From: Tubiluchus corallicola
Taxonomy: Eukaryota > Animalia > Priapulida
Assembly (NCBI GenBank): GCA_030141605.1
Contig: JAQGDQ010000096.1
Span: forward strand, 62,001-126,000
Length of the DNA stretch: 64,000 nt
Reading direction: 5' to 3'
Part shown: positions 25,854 through 41,200 of the stretch, piece by piece
Layout: each line of letters begins with the position of its first letter
How positions within the stretch are numbered: position 1 is the stretch's first letter
The notes under the pieces: generated by a model
What the model was told of the DNA's origin: nothing
What the model saw: only the letters and a program-made list of their open reading frames with translations
The model's database searches: none
Position numbers and translations under genes: made by a program

Positions 25854-28385
25854 TTTCTTTACAACTAATCTTTGTATATGTGTAGATATTTGTGATAAAG
25901 TTGCAAATTTTAAACATTCATAAATTTTTCACAACAACAACTATGAACAGCAAATTATTCATTGTTTAATCTCATTCATATTTATTATTTTTAGTATCTC
26001 TGTACGTCACTAACTTTTCTACTGTATTAGTTACAAGGTGCTTTAATTTTATTTGCATTTTACAAGGGAATAGAAAACAGTTAGTCTGTTAGATGGCCGT
26101 TAAGTTATGAAAAAAATTCCGTTTTTTTAAATCTGAAGTATTCGATTCAGTTTTTACTCACGTTTTTAAATTATTTGATGAATTTGTCGATTCACTCAAG
26201 CTGCAAAATAATTGTATTCTTGACTTTTGTAATAATTATAGTTCTTTTTTAGAGTTGTTCAACAGTGATGTGTTTCGTTCTTCTGAGTAGGTAGGCTTAA
26301 TGAGCTGTGTGTTAATGATGCTCAAGTTCGTTAATTATACATTAGAAGGTAGAGAAAGACTTTATGCAGCAATTCAGAATTACTACAGAAATGGTGTATA
26401 TTTGTGTAAATATTTTTTGTCTGACTATTATGTTAATGTGATTTGGCAGTAATTTTTTTAACATTAGTGTTTTGTGCTAGTGCGGGATGTAGTTCACAAA
26501 CAGAGGTAGATAAAATGATTGTGATTCAATTAACAGTGTATGTTATAATGTGTAGAATTACTTGGTTTCATTTATACAGCTACATTGTTCTCATTGTTCA
26601 TACCCTAGATGGACGTGATGGACACAAAGTACACACCCATTACTTAACATCCAGATTGAAATCTCATATTTAACAATTGGTCTACAAACTCTTAAAGCTA
26701 ACTATTAGTTATATAGTAATGACGTGGAGCAGAGGTAGGCAGAATCAATGCTGACTGGTTTGTTCATGACAACCAGTATCAGGATTTGCAGGAGATTTTT
26801 ACTAAATATGCCAGTTGGCACTTTATATTTTTCTGTTAATTAGAATTCTGTAGAATGCTACATTGAACAGAATCCTTATTAATCAAAATATTTCACTGTG
26901 CCACATTAAAGTAATCACCCTTCATGATCTTATTGAATGTATTTATACACGTAATAATATAGTGACCACTGTGCCTGCAATATCAAATTAATTATTGTGA
27001 AAATCAAGCAGCAACGACATGTCACATCTGTCTAGGAAATGTCTGATCCAAAAGAATACTGTACAAGACAGGTACAAACATGTACACTAAATAAAAAAAA
27101 CGAAATAAAAAGCGGAAATGACGGTACAGTATGACCGGCGTGTCCATGAGTGACGCCTACTCGTTAATGACCCGGAATTTAAAAACAACCACAAACATTC
27201 TATATCAAAACTGTTGCACAATGTAAAAACCAAACATAGATTTCCTACACAAAAAATACAAACATAGTTTACATAAAAACAAAAATATAACATGGGAATG
27301 ATAGGATCACCTTGATGTCAATTTCCAATCCAACCTTCCTATTCATTACTTGTCAAGTAGCAGTTAGTAGAAAATTTGGTTATTTCAAGTTCTGAATATG
27401 TAATGCAACTGGCTTTCTGCATCTTAACTAAATAAACGTGACAATTTAGATCTGCTACATGAAATGGGTTGCTCAGTTTTAGAGCAGTGCATGCAAGCCA
27501 ACAAATTACCGTATTGCACATTAGTATAGTATTTGTATTAATAATAATACCAAGTAGAAAAGAATTGTAATATTACCATTTGAAGTGTTTTGTCATTCAT
27601 TTTCAATGTGTATACATTAATAGTTTGAAATATGTAATAGTAATTACATGCTATTCTTTTATGAAAGGATGTGATACACTGTCATTTAGATATAATTATT
27701 GTTTGCTAGATGAGGAAGATTAGATTACTGCATTCTTGTAAATTTATAGTTTTGGTTATGAAGCTTGTACTGTACCTTTTTATTTTCTTTTAACGCTTTG
27801 AATTAAGGTGTAGACTTTCGTAATATTTTTAACTGTAATTACAAATAAGCCATTGCTGAAGCAGTGAAGCAAATAGATATAGACCACATTCAATTATTAA
27901 AAAGAAATGTGTTTGGAATTAAAAGCTAGAAATTAAATGACAGGACAGAATTATTATTGTCATTAAGAGGAGGGAACTGACTTCATTCATATTCATATAT
28001 TTGATACCTGTTCATGATCATAGTTAGTTTTGGTGCTCCATTTCATTAAGTATTTGCTATTACACCTCACAAAGTGCACTTCTGCTAAGTTAAATGGATT
28101 GGGTTAGATTTGAGTTCAGTTACGGTGGTTCTCTACATTACTTTGTACCTGTTGATGAATGCATCCAGGTTCGTTTTAATTAGTTACAACAAACACTGAA
28201 CTGGATGTTAAACTGCTTGTTCTCTGTTCCTGCAAACTAGAATGACATCACGATACTAAATACACATAGCGCTAGTTTATGAACTACAATGGTTTTAGAC
28301 AAGCCATGAATATAATCGTTTTTCACTTGAATTCTCTCCCCTGATATCTCAGCAAAAAATTAGAAATTATATAGAACATCTTGTA

Positions 28386-28573
28386 CAGTCAAACCTCTTT
28401 ATACCGACAACTTTTGGACTGTAAAACAGTTTATATTACAGTGAGTTTGGCATTACACTGATGTGCATTAATACATACAGTCTGTACAAATATAGATATT
28501 TTGTTTTGCTAAAAATCTGAGCACTAAGCAAGTCTGGTATTATAAAGGTGAGCGTTATAAAGAGGTATGATTG
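28386..28573. mobile_element. pogo/Tigger-like MITE
   Basis: TA-CAGTCAAACCTCTTTATA ... TATAAAGAGGTATGATTG (2 mismatches in 18); right TA not preserved. Confidence 0.65.
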
Positions 28574-29094
28574 ACACCTTTTTAAACTCGAACAGTATCA
28601 ACAGAATAACTGAAATACAATAAAGAAAAAAGCTAAATGTAGCTCATGTAAATACATTTGTTTATTTTTCAAGTGTTTTACTAAGTGATTCACAAACAAA
28701 TCATGTGCAGTGAAGATACGAAGACAATCTAATTGAAAAACGAATCAACATGACTTTAAATTACGAATTTTCAAACATGATCAGATCAAACTGCAAATTT
28801 ATTTTGTAGAAAGAGTGAAAATTGGTACAATTTACAAAAGTTGGAATATTCTCTAAATGAAAACCTTGTTAAATATACACTTATGTTTATATATATATCA
28901 CAAAAATGCATGACAGTGTAAAATAGTGACAAGACAGTGATAATACTCGTAGCACATTACACAATGAACTAATGACAATAAGAACTTAATATAATTTATA
29001 AATATTAACGGTTATCTAATAGGAATAAATATAAATAATTTGCAGGAATGTTAATAAACAATGCTGGTGGGATTGTTTAATGAACATGCATCAA

Positions 29095-29229
29095 TTAGTC
29101 ACTAATATCCTTGTAGAATGATCGAACGTCCAACAACGTTGCTAAATCCAAGATTGACTTGCAAACTGTTAAATTTTCAAAACATTCTGTTGGCAGTGGA
29201 GGCTGTGCCATTGGATAGTGAATGTTGTC
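29095..29229 (-). CDS. SCAI: SCAI terminal exon 14
   Basis: DNIHYPMAQPPLPTECFENLTVCKSILDLATLLDVRSFYKDISD stop. Confidence 0.95.
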   Translation of the reverse strand, partial: DNIHYPMAQPPLPTECFENLTVCKSILDLATLLDVRSFYKDISD

Positions 29230-32200
29230 CTGAAGAAAAAAGCAAATACGACTGTAAAGTTAAATTGGTTAATTCTGGTTTGATATGGAATATTATTAGT
29301 AAAAAAAACTTTGTGCACTATATCACAACTAATGTTTAACATTCTCAATTTTAGTTTCACAGTTCAGAAATAACTGAACACTCATATATGCAATGTCTCT
29401 TTTATACGTTGCTTATAGTTCACTGTTCTTCGGGTAATAAACAACTGTCGGCAATATCAGTTATAGTAGGTTTACAAAGAATTCTACTTAGTGTGTTGGG
29501 TTGGGCTTGAACTTTTGGGTTGAGCTTGTATTTTTATGGCAGATTTATATAATGAAATAACCAAAATTTCAAAACAGAAATTTTTGATCTTTCATTAAAT
29601 TTTGCATCACTATGCGCAAAAAGAAAAGACAATAAAGAGGCAAAGTCATACAGACTAAGTACAACATAGCCTTCAACCTTAAAGCTTCGGTGGAGTCGAA
29701 GCGTTGCACAGCAAAAGACGAATCTTAGAATGACGAGTCGCAAAAAATCATCACCATAAAACTGAAGGTAAGATATGTCTGAAAAGATACAATCCATAAA
29801 TTTACAATGCATTGATAAAATACCTAGTTGCAAGCCTACATATTTTTATTCAATATATATTAAATTAGCTCTTAATGAAGTAAAATAAAATGTACGTGTG
29901 TTATGTAATACATACAATGCTGTTCTAGAACTTTTTTCTAACGTTTGGTAAAATAAAAAATATAGAATACAAATGTAGTAGAAAAATATACATAAACAAA
30001 ACATACTAAATTATCAAATATACAATCGCAGTGCATAAAAATGAAATGATTGTAAAACTTGTATATAAAAACAACAAGCTGTGTGTTGTTGAACTAGGTA
30101 TGTATACAATGCATATAGTACTACATTTCAATATGACTCAGGGCATTTATGCTATAAAGAGCTAAACAAAAACTTTTACCTATGTTTCTGGATTGTGATA
30201 TCAAATGGCTGAGTTCACCTAATGTTCGATTAATATAAGATTGTGCTTTATCCCATAAATGAAGTTGAATCTCAGCAATATTGCCAATGTAGCAGAATGC
30301 CGTCAATGGACAATGCAAGAAAAGTGTAAATAAATTTCCTCGATGTCTTTGTTCTGCAATATATGTAAAAAATTTTCATTATTACAGAATTCTCATCTTG
30401 ATTAGTAACTCACAATAATTAAATTTATAAATCCAAATATACCAAAAAAAAACTCAACGTTTATGATCAAGACAGGTTGATATTGAATGATAATACTAAC
30501 ATTATCAACATTCCAGCTTTTCCAAGTCTTATCTTACTCATATTCATTAGAATATTTCTTAATTAATTCTAAGTCTATACTAGTCCATGGATAATAATTC
30601 AGGATTGAGAGGACTATTAGTTTAAAATACTGAGACTGTGTAATGATCCCTGGTTCAAATTTCATTCATTCGCATTTTCTTCTATCGCTCAGAACTGGAT
30701 TTAAAAACTTAATAAATTATAAATTTTTCACTCACTGATTAATTATCTCACAATTACAGCACTAATAAAGGCAGTAATCGATTATTCATCCAATAACTAA
30801 TATTTAGCAATTATGTGAATGCTGAGCAATTAGTAAATAAGTGAGTTAAAATTATCCAATAGTCACGCTTAATAGCATGAAAACATAGCTCTTCATAGAA
30901 TGCTAATACTAAACTAGTATTTACCTAATTCATTGATAAAAATTTGAAAGAATTGGAAAGCTACCATCAGTTTCAAAAATCACAAAAACTTTAGAGAAAA
31001 ATTGTTTACATGATTAGTTAAAAAAATCGTTGATCACATTAGGAAAAGCAGCAAAACCAACAACATTCGCAACAATAAAAAACAATATATATAATATTTA
31101 GAAATAACACAACCATAAAATCTCAGACCTTCAAATGCTGGAGGTACTTGTACAGGTGACATGAGTATAACCAACGGCTGACCAAACATACTAGGCATGA
31201 ACTGAAATATGTTACTGTTATCACTGTCAATGATTAGAAATACAGGTTTTCTTGTGAATGCATACAAATCACCTGGGTGCAAACTGAAAATAAAATAAAA
31301 AATTATTAATTTACAAGATTAAAATTCTAATAATTAACAGCACAAGTATATCTAACCAACACTTCAATAGCTTAATAACATAGAACAGCAATTTTGCTTA
31401 AATTTATTGGTTACTAAGCTGATATTAAGAAGGAAACAAAGTTTCTAATGCGTAGATCATACATGTGATCATCACCTTCTTCTATAATTTTGCTTAGCCA
31501 CTTTGCAATAGGCTGATTATATTATATGACTAAACATCTACAATTCATTAGGAAACAACTGCCAACAAGCCTGAGATGTGGCAACATCAATCATCCAAGC
31601 ATCACTCGTCACATTGATCTAATCAAAATTGGGCTGCTAAACTTCAAGGACAATGAGGCACTCCCCTGCCCACTTGTAAATACTGTAGAAAAATTGTAAA
31701 TTGTCTCCAATAACAATGCAATCAAATACGCCCGGCTCTTACATGCAATCAGTACCCTCAGCTGACTCAGCATTAATCCCTAAAAAGCCTAACTATCATC
31801 AACAGCTACTACAGAAGCACCAAATTTCACTGAGTTGAACATTTCAAAAATTGTCTTGTAGCTCATTGCACATGCTTCCCAAATGAAATGGCAACTGATA
31901 TAATAGTTTTCTACATCCTAACACACTACAAGCCCTTGTAATGACACATTTATAAGAAGTAGCCAATATTAGCAAGAAGTATTAGTCTTAAATAATTTCT
32001 ACTATGGCACCACTCTCAGAACACACATGTAGCAGTTGGCATAACATAAAATATTACTTGCTGGATTCAGATTTATGATAATAAGTTCTATATCAGGTGG
32101 GTAAAGATAGCTCCTAGTAAAGGGGTATCTAGAACAAGTTGCAACAGAATTGTTCTCTTAGATTCTGTTAGAACATGGTCTCAGGTACCATCAATAAAGA

Positions 32201-35200
32201 ATCGGCCGAAATCGGCTTTGGTACTTTTGAGATACATTAGTCGCCACTTAATAGACTCATGGTTAATAGACTCAATATTTTTCCTTCACGTACTTAAAAT
32301 AAGACATTTGTATGTGCCCAAACAGCCTTTCCTACTTTTCTGTCATCTTTACTTCCCTTTTGTGCATTACATATGCAGAAACAATCATATTAAGTACCGT
32401 TTTGTTTATAAGCAGGTATGTTTATCATACGCTAATACACTAGCGTAGCGGTTTTGCTTTGAATCTGTTACCCGCTCGCTCACTGTAATTAACCTCGTTA
32501 CCCAAAGAATTTCTGGAAGCTAAACGTTTAATCACTTGCCTAGTGGTTTCCTTTTGATGCTCTAGTTGCAAATCACGCTTTGTAAGCCAACTTCTTGGCG
32601 AGAAAATGAAGCAGCCACCTTTGAAGGAATTTTTGTAATTTTTGCAAATAAACAGATTTGTGTGATTTAGAAAAGTATACTTTTTAATTTATTGTTAATT
32701 CACATAATAAATTAATATTCTAGAATATTTTTCAAATTTTTAACTGCACAAAGAAATTTAGGCATTACTTCATTTCTAAAATTGCTTAAAAGCCTTTGCA
32801 GGGCATAGTAGGCTGATGATTCATGCTTCTATAGCAGTAATACGACACCCATCGGTTAATAGATTCAATCAGTTATTGGGTCAAAACACGTCGGTCCCAA
32901 AGTGAGTCTATTAAGCGGTGACTACTGTATATGCACAAATCCACGATGGCACCTTCTGGGACCAAAATCGATTATATCTGTTAAACCATGGAACTTATAT
33001 GAAAAATATGTATTACTTACATACTGAAAAGTGCATCAGGTGGTTCCAAAAGTGTCATTTCTCATAACCAATATCACAATACTATTATGCCATAATTAAG
33101 AACACTGCTGGTTCATTATTTTTGAAAATGCACTTTCAATGTCAGCATATGCAACTAGCATTCAAAATCAGTTACAAATTGACTTTGCATGTCATCAGTG
33201 TCTATTCACATCATTTCCTTGGCATCTAGATATTGCCTAAGACAGTGACTCTTGATAACAATGTCACTGGAATTGGGTTACTTGCTCTCTAGTTCTTAGT
33301 ATCTAAGTGTAACAGATAGGCGACTCAATGGAAAGAGTTCAAGTACTTGAGCCATCAGTGGAAAGTATCTGTCTCACTGTATTAAAGCAGAATCAACATT
33401 ACACAACTTTCCAGTAGACAGAATCAGCAGGCGACTAAAAGCACTAATTGATACCTTAAAGTACCTCCTATCTCATATCTGGAAACACAGTCGAACTAAG
33501 GTAAAGGTAAGTAAAATCACCTACAATTTCTATGTCTTCTGCAACTGACAGAAGGACAGAAGGAGCAAGAGGTGGCATGATGTCTGACAGGGGTGAGAGC
33601 TGAAGGTCTGACGCAAAGGCAAAGCTTCCATCAAGAGAACTTCAAGAGCACCCAGGAGTACAAAGACTGTGTCATCTGCGAAACAGAAATTGGTGAAAAG
33701 ATGGTGATATCAGATGAGGACAAAGGGTCTTCCAACAGTCAATGGCTATTGAAGAAGATGGGAGTGACCTTAACGGGCATCCAGTGTTGCAGCAAAGGGA
33801 TCTAAGAAGAGGCCTTCTTCCCGAACTCTGCAATGGTGTCAGAGTACAGTGCCTTGAGAATGGAGATGAGCTTTGGAGGGACTGATTTCTTATAGGAGCC
33901 AGAAAGCGCCACAGTCTAGGAAATCAAATTCAACTTTTGCGTCAGTGTTGGGCTACCTACAGAACTTTGAAAAGCTCCCTTCCCTGCTGGGTTAGGACTC
34001 TAAAAGTGAGGATGCAGTAAGTGGTGGAGTGCCAAATGGCAAAACCATCTTGCTCAGTTCTCAATTCAACGATTTTAAAGTTGTACAAGTTTCTGACACT
34101 ATACACCCTCCTGGATCCTCTCTCACCCTCCCCCTCAATAGGGGAAAGTCATGGCAAGTCATCACTCTAACAACTACAGCTAACATTTTGCAACTACCTT
34201 TATAACACTACAGTTGCAATTGTCAAAATCCCGGAACTGCCATCCCTCAGGGAAGAGATTAAAATCTTTTTGACAATGCTGCATTGTCAATAGTTGACAG
34301 GTCACTCTAATTGCTCTCATTGAACATATTCAATTTTTCTCACTAATCCTGCCATCCTAAATGCTACATTCCTCCCAGGGAAATCGTCACTCATTGCCTA
34401 ACATCTACCCTCGATATATTGAGGGGCAAAACCTGTTTTTACGACACTACAGTTGCAACTGTTCGAATCCAGGATTCACCCACCCTCCCGAGCGAAGGGC
34501 AGGTCACTTTAACGCCTCATAATAGGCTCACAGATTTTCCCACTATACATTATCCTGGATCCTCCCTCCCTGCTGGAGGGGGTAAAATTCTTTTTGTCTA
34601 CGTTTTCTTATCAGTAGTTGACAGGCCTCAAATTGCCCGTATTTAGCTGATTCAGTTCCTCACCCTACATTCACCGTTCGTGTGCAGCTGTTACCCATTT
34701 TGGATATGAACTTTGAAATTGACCATCATCTTGTTCCAAAGTTACTCCACACCTAGAATATCAACTGGCTTAAACTGAAAAGGGGAACAGACGATGGACA
34801 ATGGACAAGGGGCCCTGTATGACGGCAGAAGGATACTAGGCTTCTAAAGTCAGCAGGACTGTAACGACACATCTAAGTCACGATATGATACACATCATGT
34901 TATAGCATTATGATACGAACCTCACAATCTGATACGTAACACTTTAAGTCAGGGGACCTAAAAACTTCCGACAAACTAGAAAATTATTTAATAGTCTCTA
35001 ATATTTCAAAATCACAGAATTCTGCAAGCTACAACTGAGTGCCAGAGATTGAGTATAGTATTGTATCTCACACAATGTTTTTTATATGAAACTGGCTTTT
35101 ACGTAACAGATATACTCCCAGCTTTCCCATATGTACATGAAAAAAATAATTACTGTATTTTTGAATAGAAATTTAAAAATAGCAGCATTTAAAACTAGCA

Positions 35201-38200
35201 TGTTACATGCTTAGTAACTACCAAAGCTCATCATTTTTATCACAATTTATTTGATTAGGAACTAAAATCGTCTTGAGAATATACCCCAGCTAAGGTCTGT
35301 AAAGTCATATGCATAATGAACGAAGGGTGTGTGTTTATGTGGTGGCTGTGCCTTCCCTTGTGCATAACATACTCATTTCAAAAATTTTACCTGCTGTTAC
35401 TTGCTGGATAGAGACATGTATGATCACAAACTTAGAAAAACTGTAGTATTATGACAGATCACAATTATGACAAAGAATGAGTCAACTATATTATATAAGC
35501 TGTCATTTTTCACGTGACATTTTCCTGTTTTTTCACATAAAGACTAAAACTCTGTAGTTTATAACACAGAAATGATGGTAGCAATATAATGAAGAAAATG
35601 CTACCTCATTACTTGATGGCAGGAAAAACTGATTTGTGATTAATACACTATTTACACTAGCTTTGCAATCAGCTCTGTGAAATGACACAGTCAACGTGCT
35701 ATATAGTGTCTGACTTTGAACTTCAACGAGTGTTGTATTTCGACACAACTATGGATAACATCAGCGCTAAGTTATCCAATCCAGCAGAAACTGCAATGCT
35801 ATTCACTGATGATAACAGCTTCACAATTATTTAAGATGTCTGACTAACGGTATTCACAGTTATCAAGTAATTACTCATGTCAGCATCAGCATTAGAGAGC
35901 ATTTCACCAACCTGATTAAACAGTGAAGATAAAAGGATTACAATATTAAAACACATTAAAGGCAGATAAAAATGACATAAAAATTGCATGTGAATAAATG
36001 AAAAGGACAAGCAGGAAAAGTACTTCTCATTTGCAGAGCCAAATCACAGTTCTATGATGACATATGAATCACTAAGGAAGCAATAATGAAACTAACTGCC
36101 AAAGCTACATGCAAATATTATGTCTCATAGCAAAAATTGCAAGCACTAATTGATGCAGTCAAAAGCAAAACAAATTAACATAACCAAACTAAAGATAGTT
36201 AATGCACATTACAAAATAATGAATTAATTAATTAATGATGTTATAACAAAGATTATTGTATAATTTATAATTTAACACATCATATTTAATCAAAAAAATA
36301 ATGGTATAGGCAAGATTGCATGAAGTGACACTTACATAGCTCGTCTGCCGAGTGAATCATCGTCCGTGCTATCTGATGGGCTGCTACTGTCTAAGGAGCT
36401 GTCAATACAAATAAAAATGTGTCGAGCAAGTAAGGTGCTAGTGACATGGTGAAACAGCAAGCAAACCTCTAAGTACAAACACCATTTAGACATGTGGACA
36501 AAAACGCAACGACGTAACATTTAAAAGTTATTAGGGTGTCATTTTCGCATTAATGAATTTTTACACTTTAGTATGAATCTACAAACCAACGGTGCTGTAA
36601 AACCCAGAACTACCAGACAAAAATGGCCCCTAATTCAGTTGGGGGTAAAAAATCCACAGATTGTTATACTCATTTGCTGAGAATACATTGAGGTTCTGGT
36701 CAAGCAAGCTATTACACGAGCCTACAATACTCAAGCACAGTAACATTAGTCAATGTCAATTGAAAGGCATAGAAAAATGACTAATTAGGGAAAGCTGGGA
36801 TGAGCAATAAGTAGGTGGTAATGACGCATATCTGCTTGATTACTTGTGTCTTTGTGGATGAGATTTAAGTCCTTTATTACTGGTAATACAAGCAAGAATA
36901 AAAATACCGCAAGAATAGCAGTAAGGATGACGAATGTTCTTATGTTATCTTTAATACTGCTTGAGTTTGAATACGCATTGAATTTAACTTACCATTGACT
37001 AAATTAAGTATAAAATTAAGTAGTGCAAACATATTTACACTAAATATGTTTCACTCGTGCAACAGTGAAGAGTTTAACTATTCACCCCATCAATAATACA
37101 TAGTTTTTTTGTATAAGTTTCTGTTCTATGTGTTTATTGATGAAATCAAAAGTAAGCACAATACTTAATCATGATGAGCCGACTTTTGTGTGAAATGCTC
37201 ATTATATCAAGGTTTCATGCAAGAAAACTATATCAACGTTTTACCAGCACACATCACTATCATCCACCATTCGGAACTTGAATTTATGACGTTTAAATAA
37301 AATTAGTTTTCAATTTACAAATACAGATAATGTGAGACATAAATGCTCCTTTTTTCCAAAAGTCCTCACATGATTGTTGTGATTACAAGCAATCAAAAGA
37401 CTTGACAAGGAGGTAAGATTATTCACACCGGGAATCATCAGGAGAAACCTGACTAGGTCCGGGAATCATCAGGAGAAACCTGACTCGGTCCGGGTTTCAT
37501 CTGTTTTTCTTCAACCCTCAAACACAACTGGCCGGGCATAGCCGGATGTGCGATATCACATGAATAAGAATAAAACAAAAGCTGAACACCACTCCCAAGA
37601 TATGAGCATAATCAGGACAACAACATCCTAATGATTAATAAAAGCTGTACAAGACTACTGCATGAAACACACACTCAAGATGTTTGTGAGAAAGACAGAT
37701 CAACAATCATATGTGCACTTGAACATTAATAAACAAACTGTTAAAAACAAAGACACTTATTTATAGTTCATGATATTGCAAAATGGAAACTGAATCTGTT
37801 CAGCTGAGATCAAACCAAACTAAACCAAATATAAACTGACAGTTCTTAACTTATGTAAATCCATGCCAAAATCTCATAAGTATGTTTTCTAATTGGCTAT
37901 AGATTTTGGTTCTTTTTCTCAACAAAACTTTCTTGTGCATGTAAAAGCTGTTTTAGAATGAACTGAAGCTGCAGTTTATGTTAAGCCTCGCTCTGGAACA
38001 ACAACAATGGTATCAAGCAAAACAGAAAAATTATGAACATTTCGCTATCAATTTCTTACAACAAAAATAGTGCTTCCCACGAACACGCCATAAATGGGGT
38101 AATCAATCAAAACTAATGCAACATCAAATCTGTAGGTTTTTCTCTCAAGAACAGATCTTAGACCAAAAAACTGGTTTTGCAGCACAAGGAGTTTCTGCTT

Positions 38201-41200
38201 TTTTATCTCTAGGATACAAAAACAAGTCAACTAACATTAACAATCAACTGATGTTTAATAGAATGTTATTACCATAAAAATGCTATGTTCTTATTAAGAT
38301 GATAAGAGATTTCTCGAAGCAACACTAGTAGTTGTGTATTTCATATTAGCACTAAATATGTTTCACTCGTGCAACAGCGAAGAGTTTAACTATTCACCCC
38401 AAAGACGAACAAAATGACAGTGACACTGAAAGGAGATCAGTTTGGACACAGAGAATTGGACATTAGTTGTTAAAAAATGCAAACGCAAACTACTTTTTTA
38501 AACATAAACTATTTTGGACACAAAGTAATTTGGACAAACTTGGGAAAATTAGTAATTTGGACAGTGACTTTTGACCACACAGATAATTTCAGAACTAAGC
38601 ATTTCATCTTGCCTCTTGCCCCTTATTAAAAAGCTGTAATAGTAATGGCAATGATACTGCACTGCAAGAAGATAACATATTATGCGAACTAATGATATGG
38701 ACGCAGATGTTTAGAGCTTCATTGTTTCAACACAAAATGTTAACAGTTTCAACATACTGATTAAAAATGGTAGATGACACCATATTCACACCACGCACAG
38801 AGTCACTTGGTCGACATAGTACTCATAATAAGGCTGTTGATTTTCCAAGAATATAAATGGATACAATAAAATCATTCTGAGTTTTTCAATAAGAACTACT
38901 TACCAGAGCATTATGATAAGTGATTCATAAAAATAACTACAGAAACCACCAAATAGGTGGATTTTAAAATTTACAAAAATAAAGATGTTTCTAACAAGAA
39001 CCTACTGTTGCGATGAGATGTGTAAGGCCACATTAAGGACATGATGTAGCTTTCGCTAGTGAAGTAACTCATTGTTGGTTTTCTGATCCAATGTGACAAA
39101 CTAACGAATATAGTTTATAGTTACCAATTCATTTTGACACAGTTAACTTATTAATGGAAGCTATATTTTTTCAGCTATATTCTAGATCGAGTGTTAGTGC
39201 ATGACAAGTCCAAGCCATCAATGAGCACCTGCGAAAAACAGCCACGTAACAGCGTGCGAGAACGAAACAGAATTCCAGTAACAAAACTTCTGAAAATCTC
39301 AAATTTCCCTAGTGACCTGAAGTGTCCTACATGTGGCAAACAATATACCACACTTGGACTCTACAACTATACGAGAAGTCACCAAAGAAACTGCATTCAT
39401 ACTCAACGATGATGCGATAACAACTTTTATTCTAACTTACGTAACAATGGAACCTGTTATACCACTTTTTACAGCCAAAACTTGCCTCAACAGGTACATA
39501 ATATATACACGGAATCTACATCAGCTTAACAATTTGTGCAAAAATGATGTTAAAGCGATTCTTAAAAAAAAACAAGCACAAATATGCTTTTATAAAATGA
39601 ATTATTGGGTCTTCAGAATTCAGATCTACCCATAGACTTCACAGCCTTTAGCACTAGTCGTCTTCCACCATTGTGCATTTAAGACAACATTGGCATAAAA
39701 CGAAGAGCAGAAAAGTAATACATCAATATAATTAATCACTCACGAATGCATGTCCTTCACATTGGCTGGCTTTTTATTTAAGTGTTCTGGTTCTTTTTTA
39801 GATGAGCACGCTAGTCCTCCTCTATCATACGCGCCTACAAACAAAATAGAGTAAGCTTTTGGTTAAGTTATGAATCAAAAACTGACTCATTTCTAAAAAG
39901 ATATCAGCCTCTTTTAAATAATAAAATCACATTTTTAAGCTAACTTTTATTATTATGAAATGTTAAGCAAGCTCTGTCATTCTAATTAAAGGTGACTTTC
40001 TTGGAATTAATAAATCAGAAAGCATGGACTTCTAACTAGTGACCGTTTATGGTTCAGTCAACAATAAAACTGAAGAAACAGCCATTTTCTAAAAGTTAAT
40101 GATTAACAGATAACAAGTAGAGTCCCAATTTCCAGCCACCTTGCAAGTGCATTTCAGTGTAAGCTCATTGAGCAGCCCATTCATTCGTAAGTTCAAACAT
40201 TCTTAAAGTTTCTCAATCACTCAAGAAAGGTCAAACATTGCAATTAACTCTTGCCAGCATCAAAATACTTGCAATAACCATTAGATTTGACAGCCATATT
40301 ATGTGTCAAAACGTGAAAACCGTTTTATGGCTATTTAATATTTAATAACACAATTCTTGATATTTACAAGAAATTTTGCAATTGTAATGGGTTCGATAAG
40401 TAGGTTGTCTACACTGTTGACTAAATCTATGTACATGTGAGGGTAAGACACCTAAGCCATTTCAAATCAGATCACAGATACAAGAATACTAACTACTACT
40501 TACGATCACTTGATTGTGCAGAATTTATTGATTTGCAGCCATCTGCAGAAAAATACAAACACATGGCACCGCCTGGTGGCAATTCTTTAAACCCAGAAGC
40601 AAGAAACACAAACAGTTGACTGAATGAGGGTTTATAAAGTAAGTACTTATGTGGGTTATCTCGTCGGCCGAATCTGTTGTCCACTTCTTGTGATAACAGC
40701 TAAATACAAAATAAACTCAATTCTTATCAGGGTTAGTTAAGAAACAGCAGCACTCGAAGTTCTGCACCCAGCTTCTCAAGTTACAAGGCAGTGGTTTGTG
40801 ACGAATATAAAAAACCTCAATGAAAAAAATGAAAAACATGGCATTTCAATCAACTGGCTCCACTTATTTTTTCAATGAAATGAATCCATTTGACAGATCA
40901 CTATCTCCAAGCGAAAAATAAAAAATAAAATTAAGAATGCACACTAGAGATCACTAAACCCTATTTTTCACCTTTTTTATAATAATACGCAATGAATAAA
41001 GCTTTACTGGTGTAATGATGTGGTGTTTATTGGTGCTCGCTCTAACTCTTGTCATTAAGAGTTATTCCAGGACTTATTATTATTTATATTTACAAAATCA
41101 GTCTTACGAATATATTGATATGAATATTTTGATCTTGCAAGAGAGCTGTTGATAAAGCTTCGCCACACCCTATTAATATATTCACGTTATTGGACATCAA

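Noticed and set aside
30600-30680. tRNA or tRNA-derived SINE (GGTTCAAAT B-box-like)
   Set aside because: No cloverleaf or clear A box.
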